A stretch of 41,419 nucleotides of DNA from Methanobacteriota archaeon (GTDB lineage: Archaea > Thermoplasmatota > Poseidoniia > Poseidoniales > Thalassarchaeaceae): the NCBI GenBank assembly GCA_002723045.1, contig PBNI01000033.1, positions 1-41,419 on the forward strand, read 5' to 3'. Shown here one piece after another: positions 22,999 to 29,564 of this stretch. Under the pieces are notes generated by a model. That model was given only the letters and a program-made list of their open reading frames with translations. It did not search any database and was not told the origin of the DNA. Made by a program: the position numbers and the translations under genes. The first letter of the stretch is position 1; every line of letters begins with the position of its first letter.

Positions 22999-23982
22999 GT
23001 GACTATGCCTACTGCACTGGGTAGAGGACATTGTGGCGGACACATTACTCTATTATTCACGATCGAGGATGTTCTGGACGACCCTGTTGCACAGGGCAGC
23101 AGAGGTGCTGGTCTGTGTCTGAAGGATGGGGTGGAAGCGATCTCGAAAGGAGAGGACGGGCAAGGCAAATTGGAGGTCTTGTTCCAAGATGGCGAATATG
23201 ACTCTAAGATGTACAGCGATGTTCTAGGGGAGCTGATTAGAGAAATTCCGGAAATTGGTTTATTCGATTGGGAATTGAACATTAGGATGTCTTTACCAGC
23301 ATCACAAGGGTTTGGTATGTCTGCTTCTGGTGCTATTGCATCCGCGATATCTTTTCAGAGAGCAATAGGAATTCCTCATGAAGAGTGTCTCAGGAGGTCG
23401 TTCTTGATTGCCCATATTGTTGAGAGGAAGAGGTCTAGTGGTCTTGGGGATACAACTGCTCTTTCATCCGGAGGAGTCGAAAGAAGGATTGTGGCAGGAT
23501 CTCCATTTTCTGGCGGTTTTCTCGATTTAGGACCGGGGATTTCTGAAGGCTGGTCAAGTGAAACACCTGTTCTTTTAGCCTGGAGTAAGAAGACTGGTAA
23601 GCATACTTCGAAATACATCGATAATCCTGATTGGAAGATAAAAATTTGCGAAGCTGGAGCATCAGCGATGGAGATAATTGGAGATGGTGATTGGGACTCA
23701 AGAAGGTGGTCAGAGCTCATTGAAAGATCATTGATTTTCTCTCGTGACAGTGGATTGGACTTAGATGCATCCAGATCTGAGATAATCGGTGCGGCTAATG
23801 AGGCCATCGGAAGTTCTGGTTACTCGGAAAGATTGTCGGCGATGCTTTGCATGTTGGGAGAAAGTGTCGTCATCGTCCCTAATGACTTTCTAGACGGGAG
23901 TGATTGGTTGGATGAAATATCTTCGATTCTCGAAGCCGGTGGCTTCTCAACCTTCTCAAGCAAGATTGGAAATCTGAGGTAG
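22999..23982 (+). CDS. GHMP-superfamily kinase, candidate archaeal pantoate kinase (COG1829-like)
   Basis: GHMP motif II-like LPASQGFGMSASGAIASAISFQRAIG, an N-terminal GHITLLFTI and RSSGLGDTTA. The specific pantoate kinase call rests on my recollection of the family pattern only. Confidence 0.5.
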   Translation: MTMPTALGRGHCGGHITLLFTIEDVLDDPVAQGSRGAGLCLKDGVEAISKGEDGQGKLEVLFQDGEYDSKMYSDVLGELIREIPEIGLFDWELNIRMSLPASQGFGMSASGAIASAISFQRAIGIPHEECLRRSFLIAHIVERKRSSGLGDTTALSSGGVERRIVAGSPFSGGFLDLGPGISEGWSSETPVLLAWSKKTGKHTSKYIDNPDWKIKICEAGASAMEIIGDGDWDSRRWSELIERSLIFSRDSGLDLDASRSEIIGAANEAIGSSGYSERLSAMLCMLGESVVIVPNDFLDGSDWLDEISSILEAGGFSTFSSKIGNLR

Positions 23983-23986
23983 ATTC

Positions 23987-25066
23987 TCAGGTTTTTGAAT
24001 TCTCATGGAAATCCTCAAGCGGTTTCAAGTCCAGAGGGCTGGAATCTAGTTTTATTGCTCCTCTCAGTCTTAGACCATCACAGAATCCATGCCGGTAAAC
24101 AAGGGCCCCCTGTCCATATTCTGCGACATACCTGTCTACCTGCTTCTGAGTCTTCTTCTTCGGGAACTTTAAATCCGCGCCGAAGAAGTGCTTTGCATCA
24201 ATCCATGCACAAGGGACTCCATTTATTCTTACGTCATCCAATAGAAGAAGATCCGGGGTAATTATTGCCCTACCCTCTTGCTTGGTCTGCTCTTTCAGAA
24301 GTTCTTCCTGACGACGAAATCTAACACCTACTGATTCGAAATAGCTGCATAGGATCTCCTCGAAGACCTCGGCCGCTGTCTGGGTCTCGGTTTGATTTAC
24401 AGAGCTAACCCTGTCTACAGACTCGGCTAGTTCGAACTGTTCTCTGTCTCTTTTATTCAACTTGGAGGGGTTCTTGTTTAGTGTGTCCTTGATTCTGGTT
24501 TTTGTCCACCCTCTACCTGTAAGTATGGCTCTGAAAGTATTTACTGGAGGTGCATCAAACCTCTTCGAGAGGGAAATGACGCTTTCTCCGGAGTCGTACC
24601 TTCTGCTGAGTTCATTGGATCGGCGCATCAGTTTTGAGTGAGAATATACGCTCTTTTCCTGATTTAGTGCCGCCCTTAGAGAAAGAGCCTGTTCCAGAGT
24701 AATTGGTAGCCCGTCGAGTTTTGTTGCAATCTCCTGGACCCTTTCTTCGGGAAGGAATCCGAATTCTCCGGGAATGCAGGAGATCTTCCCGGCCTTTCTT
24801 TGAACATCCTTGGTGACTGCCTTTGTTTTCCATTTGATTTCTACTTTCTCTGGGGGAGGGTTGATTTCTTTTGGCATCCCCATAGGCCTAGGATTAACGG
24901 TAAACCTCGCTAGGGCTCTTTCAATCTCTTCCGATTTGGCACCTTTGCCGTTCTCCTTCGGAGGGTTGTTTTCCTTCCTCGGGCGTCGGCGGCGCCTCCG
25001 ACGCCCCCGGCGTCGCTTGGCACTCTCGTCTTCACTCAACGGCCATGGCAGATGTAGGAGCCCCAT
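23987..25066 (-). CDS. CDIN1/C15orf41-like protein (TPD-motif, PD-(D/E)xK nuclease-fold C-terminal domain) with an Arg-rich N-terminus
   Basis: The C-terminal region ITPDLLLLDDVRINGVPCAWIDAKHFFG...YGQGALVYRHGF (24179-24262 and downstream) parallels human CDIN1 KTPDFIL...GHIIHWIESKASFGD...FGPGLVIYWYGF as I recall it. The N-terminus is RRRGRRRRRRRPRK. The ATG start is clear. Confidence 0.55.
   Translation of the reverse strand: MGLLHLPWPLSEDESAKRRRGRRRRRRRPRKENNPPKENGKGAKSEEIERALARFTVNPRPMGMPKEINPPPEKVEIKWKTKAVTKDVQRKAGKISCIPGEFGFLPEERVQEIATKLDGLPITLEQALSLRAALNQEKSVYSHSKLMRRSNELSRRYDSGESVISLSKRFDAPPVNTFRAILTGRGWTKTRIKDTLNKNPSKLNKRDREQFELAESVDRVSSVNQTETQTAAEVFEEILCSYFESVGVRFRRQEELLKEQTKQEGRAIITPDLLLLDDVRINGVPCAWIDAKHFFGADLKFPKKKTQKQVDRYVAEYGQGALVYRHGFCDGLRLRGAIKLDSSPLDLKPLEDFHENSKT
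24981..25006. repeat. Perfect 9-bp GC palindrome (hairpin-capable) inside the codons for the poly-Arg tract
   Basis: GGGCGTCGG (24981-24989), loop CGGCGCCT, CCGACGCCC (24998-25006). A third GGCGTC copy lies at 25010-25015. This is a local GC island in an otherwise moderate-GC gene. Confidence 0.85.
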
Positions 25067-25085
25067 GAACCCACCGAGTGAAGAT

Positions 25086-25430
25086 TTACTTCCTCATTCG
25101 TGCGTAGACGTCGTAGAAGTAATCTCTAATTGGCGATGGTACAAGTGCCATAGAAGAGGCCAGAGGCCATGGAAATCTTAGCTTTCCACATACTCTCCAG
25201 ATTGCTGCACTCTTCGAGTACCACTCTCCTCTTCTGGAGATTAGGAAAACTGAGTCGTGTCCGATTAGCCTCCTTGGTATCGCTTTCATAATTTCTTCAC
25301 CTTCAGGGCTATTCTGTCCGATCAGTGTTATTCTTGATTCTTTATTCCTCCTTCTGATGAAATCGGCCCATCTATTGCATTTTTTGCATTGGTCGTCGAA
25401 GAGGACGATATCGGATTTTCTCGAAGTCAT
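25086..25430 (-). CDS. Thiol-disulfide oxidoreductase DCC family protein (DUF393)
   Basis: IVLFDDQCKKCNRWADFIRRRNK (DxxCxxC motif) and C-terminal PSPIRDYFYDVYARMR match the DCC family pattern. AGGTGA lies 4 nt upstream of the ATG and overlaps the leuS stop region. Confidence 0.8.
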   Translation of the reverse strand: MTSRKSDIVLFDDQCKKCNRWADFIRRRNKESRITLIGQNSPEGEEIMKAIPRRLIGHDSVFLISRRGEWYSKSAAIWRVCGKLRFPWPLASSMALVPSPIRDYFYDVYARMRK

Positions 25431-25437
25431 TTTTCAC

Positions 25438-28293
25438 CTAGACAAACGCTATTCCTGGTTCCAGAGGGAATGAGATTCTGGCCTTTCCACCAACATCTTC
25501 GTCTTCCCCTACAGAATAAACCTCAACTGAGTCAACTTCTAGGCAAGATGCTATGAAATTAGAGTTATCCTTGATTACTTCTGCCTCGTTTATGCCCTTG
25601 GAGATTAGTTCCCTCTCACCATCTAACCAAGTGTGAATTCTGCCTCTAGTCTTCTTCCCCCCAATGGTGATAGAGTTCCAAGTCTGGAAGACTTCTCCTC
25701 TTGTTGATTCGTCCTTGAATGCGTCGAGTGACTTTACGTGAGACATTCCCTTTTCCTTGAAATCAAAACCGTCTTTGTATAGGCTGATTGCCTCTGATGC
25801 TAAGTCGTTTTTCCATCCTGGAGAGGTTTGAATTACCACCTTGGTGATTTCATTATCCGAGTGCCTTTCTGCAAGGGTTCTGAGATTTCTACCGCTCGAG
25901 ATAATTTTTTTGATGTAATTCTCCATTGCCAAAACTCGGATATCATTAGGATCTTCCTCAAAAATTGGCATCACAAGCTTAGCGAGGATATCTGCTCGGC
26001 CGACTTTCTTCCAGAATTCTTCGGCAATATGGGGTGTGGCCGGTGCTAGCATGGGTATCCATCCCTCCAAGAATGTCATTGCAGTGACTCGATCACAGCC
26101 CCCTCTACGAAGATACCAATGCCAATCGGATAGCATCTCAAAGTGACTGATCATCACTCCCTCTCTAAGGCTAACTTCGGACATAGCTTCGATCCATTTC
26201 TTCTGACTTGCTCTCATTTTTGACATTAGCCAATCATCAATCTTTGAAGGGGAGTCTGAGAATCCTGCTACTGAGTCAACTGCGTCGATAAGAGAGAACA
26301 TCTGACGGTGGTTTGCTTCTAGAGCACTGTCTGACCAATCCATCCCTGCCTCCGGGTTTGCTCCAAACAGAATGAATAGCCTGACTGTATCTGCTCCGAA
26401 TCTAGAAATCATCTCCTCTGGGCTTACCGTGTTTCCTAGAGACTTACTCATCTTTGCTTGACGTCTGGAGAGTGTTTTTCCACAGGAGGGGCAATCCAAA
26501 TCAAAATTATCTACATGATACTCCGAGTTACAATCGACGCAGTATGGAGCTGGGGCGTTGAGCATCCCCTGGCACACTAGTCTGCCGAAGGGCTCTCCAA
26601 CTTCATTCATACCTGCATCTCTAGTGAATTTCGTGAAGAATCGAGCATAGAGAAGGTGCATTACTGCATGCTCTATTCCTCCGATATAGAGATCTACGCC
26701 GTCCCTCATCCAGTAGTCAACTGCTCCTCGATCGAAGGGAGACGTCTGGTTGTTTGAATCACAAAATCTCATGAAGTACCATGAAGAATCGTAGAATGTA
26801 TCCATTGTGTCGGTCTCTCTTTTTGCATCACCGCCACAGGAAGGGCATTTAGTCTGAACAAAGGAATTGTGTGATTCTAATGGGTTACCACTCTGATCCT
26901 CAGTAAAGACGACGTCTAATGGGAGTTCCACTGGCAAGTTTTCTTTGGGGACGGGGACGACTCCGCACGACTTGCAATGGATCATGGGTATTGGGGTCCC
27001 CCAGAACCTCTGTCTGCTCAGTAGCCAGTCCTTCAGTCGGTACTCTACGGTCCCATGGCCGAATTTCTTCATCTCAAGAGCAGAAATCACAGCATTCTTT
27101 GCATCGTCTCCAGACAGTCCGTCGAACCCTGGCACTGGTGAGTTGATCATTGGACCATAACCTTCGAAGGCCCTTACTGGTGTAGAATTAGAGGCGGTTT
27201 CTTCTTTTTCTTGGAGGACTTGTCTAATCTCCAGATTGTAGGTCTTGGCAAAATCAAAGTCTCTCTGATCATGTCCTGGGACGGCCATTACCGCACCGGT
27301 CCCATACGAAGCAACCACGAAGTTCCCGGCATAGATAGGGATCATTTCACCGTTCATAGGGTTGATTGCATGCCTACCAAGGAATACCCCCTTCTTTTCC
27401 TTCAGCATGTTGATTCTCTCGAACTCTGACATCTTCGCACATTCGTCCCTTAGGTTCCTCCACCCTTGCTCCCATTCGGTTCCCAAGCACAACTCCTCGC
27501 AAAGAGGGTGCTCGGGGGATAGTGTGACGAAGGTGGCACCGAAAATTGTATCAGGTCGAGTGGTGAATGCCCCGATTAGTGATTCGGAGTCGACGACTGG
27601 AAAATCAATATGCGCACCGTGTGAACGGCCGATCCAATTTCGCTGCATCGCCTTGACGTTCTCGGGAAAGGAGATTCTGTCGAGTTCGTCTAGTAACTCA
27701 TCGGAATACTCTGTCATTCTTACGAACCATTGGGCCATATCCCTCTGAACTACTTCCAATCCACATCTCCAGCATCTATTGTTCTTGACCTGCTCATTAG
27801 CCAGAACCGTGTCGCAGTCAACGCACCAATTTACTGGAGCCATTCGCCTTTCGACTAGCCCGCTCTCGTATAGGGTGAGGAACATCTCCTGGTTCCATCG
27901 ATAGTAATCGACATTTGATGTAGCTAGAAATCGTCTCCAATCGTATGAGTATCCCATCCTTTCCTGATCGGAACGTATGCTTGAGATGTTGCTATGAGTG
28001 ACTTCATTTGGGTGTCCTCCATCCTTTTTGGCAGCATTCTCAGCGGGCATTCCAAACGAGTCGTATCCCATTGGGTAGAGGACATTCTTGCCCATTAGCC
28101 TTTGAAAGCGAGCCATTGCGTCTCCGATAGAGTAGTTTCTAACGTGCCCCATATGCATGTGACCGGAGGGATATGGGAACATCTCGAGGCAGTAGAACTT
28201 GGGCTTTGACTCATCTATTTCTGTCTCGAATACTCCTGCATCGGACCATTCTTTCTGCCAACGCAATTCTATCTCTTGTGGGTCGTACACCAT
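25438..28293 (-). CDS. leuS: Leucine--tRNA ligase with bacterial-type sequence signatures
   Basis: MFPYPSGHMHMGHVRNY (HIGH), PMGYDSFGMPAENAA, CWRCGLEVV...TTRPDTIFGATFVTLSPEHPL (CP1 editing domain after the Zn module), CPSCGGDAKRETDTMDTFYDSSWYF and KMSKSLGN (26440-26454). Confidence 0.95.
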   Translation of the reverse strand: MVYDPQEIELRWQKEWSDAGVFETEIDESKPKFYCLEMFPYPSGHMHMGHVRNYSIGDAMARFQRLMGKNVLYPMGYDSFGMPAENAAKKDGGHPNEVTHSNISSIRSDQERMGYSYDWRRFLATSNVDYYRWNQEMFLTLYESGLVERRMAPVNWCVDCDTVLANEQVKNNRCWRCGLEVVQRDMAQWFVRMTEYSDELLDELDRISFPENVKAMQRNWIGRSHGAHIDFPVVDSESLIGAFTTRPDTIFGATFVTLSPEHPLCEELCLGTEWEQGWRNLRDECAKMSEFERINMLKEKKGVFLGRHAINPMNGEMIPIYAGNFVVASYGTGAVMAVPGHDQRDFDFAKTYNLEIRQVLQEKEETASNSTPVRAFEGYGPMINSPVPGFDGLSGDDAKNAVISALEMKKFGHGTVEYRLKDWLLSRQRFWGTPIPMIHCKSCGVVPVPKENLPVELPLDVVFTEDQSGNPLESHNSFVQTKCPSCGGDAKRETDTMDTFYDSSWYFMRFCDSNNQTSPFDRGAVDYWMRDGVDLYIGGIEHAVMHLLYARFFTKFTRDAGMNEVGEPFGRLVCQGMLNAPAPYCVDCNSEYHVDNFDLDCPSCGKTLSRRQAKMSKSLGNTVSPEEMISRFGADTVRLFILFGANPEAGMDWSDSALEANHRQMFSLIDAVDSVAGFSDSPSKIDDWLMSKMRASQKKWIEAMSEVSLREGVMISHFEMLSDWHWYLRRGGCDRVTAMTFLEGWIPMLAPATPHIAEEFWKKVGRADILAKLVMPIFEEDPNDIRVLAMENYIKKIISSGRNLRTLAERHSDNEITKVVIQTSPGWKNDLASEAISLYKDGFDFKEKGMSHVKSLDAFKDESTRGEVFQTWNSITIGGKKTRGRIHTWLDGERELISKGINEAEVIKDNSNFIASCLEVDSVEVYSVGEDEDVGGKARISFPLEPGIAFV

Positions 28294-28366
28294 TTACTCA
28301 AACTGACCGCTGAGTATGGCTTGTATATGCATTACGACTTTGATTGATGCCTGCCTCGGATAGGAT

Positions 28367-29074
28367 ATGCTGTCAGACGGAGAGTTCCATACGGTGATTT
28401 GGGAAGATGGGGTTGAGGTTTGGGTCACTCAAATGGGCTCACTCATGAATATGAATACGGCCTTTATTGATAGAGCAAATGAGATAGTTGCTATCATCGA
28501 TCCATACGATGCAAAGAAATGGATAGCGAAACTAGAGCAAGAGGGTTTAGATGCGACTCACCTACTCTACACGCACACCCATAGGGATCATGCGGCTGGT
28601 TACCCTGGTATGATTAAGAGATATCCAAATATGGAAGTCTGGGGACATGAGGATGCCAGAGTTCCGAACTTATTGGGTCACATAGTTTTCAGGAATGTAG
28701 ATTTCACTGATACTTGGGAAAGTTCCCCTGGAGAGAGTGTTGATTGGGTCGCAGGGTCAATTCGTCTTACCGTGACCCACTCGCCTGGACATGCTCCTGG
28801 ACATGTTACATTCCACGGCCATGGAGTCTACCATGCTGGTGATTTGCTGTTTGTAAGAAGCGCAGGTAGGGTCGATCTTCCCGGAGGTGATCCACGAGCC
28901 CAGCAAAGGAGCCTGATAAGGGCAAAGGAAATTCTCCAAGGACTTCCTCGTGACTGGAGGCTAATCCCAGGACACAGGTATGATGACTTCAGAGGCGAGG
29001 TCCCCGACTGGATTAGTCTAGGTGACGCATTGAAGCACAACTACTTCCTTTCCAATATCACAATGATCGACTAG
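28367..29074 (+). CDS. MBL-fold metallo-hydrolase (glyoxalase II-like)
   Basis: THTHRDHAAG (HxHxDH), SPGHAPGH and a downstream GD..F and PGH pattern. 235 aa. Confidence 0.85.
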   Translation: MLSDGEFHTVIWEDGVEVWVTQMGSLMNMNTAFIDRANEIVAIIDPYDAKKWIAKLEQEGLDATHLLYTHTHRDHAAGYPGMIKRYPNMEVWGHEDARVPNLLGHIVFRNVDFTDTWESSPGESVDWVAGSIRLTVTHSPGHAPGHVTFHGHGVYHAGDLLFVRSAGRVDLPGGDPRAQQRSLIRAKEILQGLPRDWRLIPGHRYDDFRGEVPDWISLGDALKHNYFLSNITMID

Positions 29075-29560
29075 TTATCTCCTCAGTAGTCTGCTAACCA
29101 GACTGCTTTCTTCATCGAGAGATGTTGATTCTTCTTCTCTGACCTTCTTCAATGCACTAATAGGGACCCAATCATCTGGGACGAAACGCCATGGCGTCAC
29201 TCTTGCCATTATCCCGAGTAGGACTTGGCTCCCAGGAATCATGAAAACCCTGAGAGGTGGCACAACAAGGCTCAGAGCAGCTAAGTCGTCTCTGGCTTGG
29301 ATTCTATCCTTTCGGCTAACTCTTCGCCCGATTAGGATACTGGATAGAGTAGCCGAAGTCTGCTTGAAGTGCTCAGCACCAATTTTCGATGTGTCCCAAG
29401 CCTTCTCAATTGAATCTCCCCACTTGCTAGGTTCCTTAGCTACTTCCTTAATCTCGTTCTGTGATTTATCAGGAAGACGACGGTATGCGGCGGCTGTTCC
29501 GGTTGCCACCCAAGGCAACCACCTCACCATGAATCCTGCGAATTTCCTGAACCTTCCCAT
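29075..29560 (-). CDS. Hypothetical protein, possibly LETM1-like
   Basis: GRRVSRKDRIQARDDLAALSLVVPPLRVFMIPGSQVLLGIMARVTPWRFVPDDW resembles the LETM1 pattern (L.rrErrql.r...D..rlvPf.....iPf.e.lLP......P.mlPstF) as I recall it. Its ATG lies 4 nt after the aceE stop, so it is probably co-transcribed. Confidence 0.35.
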   Translation of the reverse strand: MGRFRKFAGFMVRWLPWVATGTAAAYRRLPDKSQNEIKEVAKEPSKWGDSIEKAWDTSKIGAEHFKQTSATLSSILIGRRVSRKDRIQARDDLAALSLVVPPLRVFMIPGSQVLLGIMARVTPWRFVPDDWVPISALKKVREEESTSLDEESSLVSRLLRR

Positions 29561-29564
29561 GGGA

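Noticed and set aside
23376-23807. 143-aa minus-strand ORF inside the GHMP kinase gene
   Set aside because: It is antisense to a frame carrying the GHMP motif and has no features of its own.
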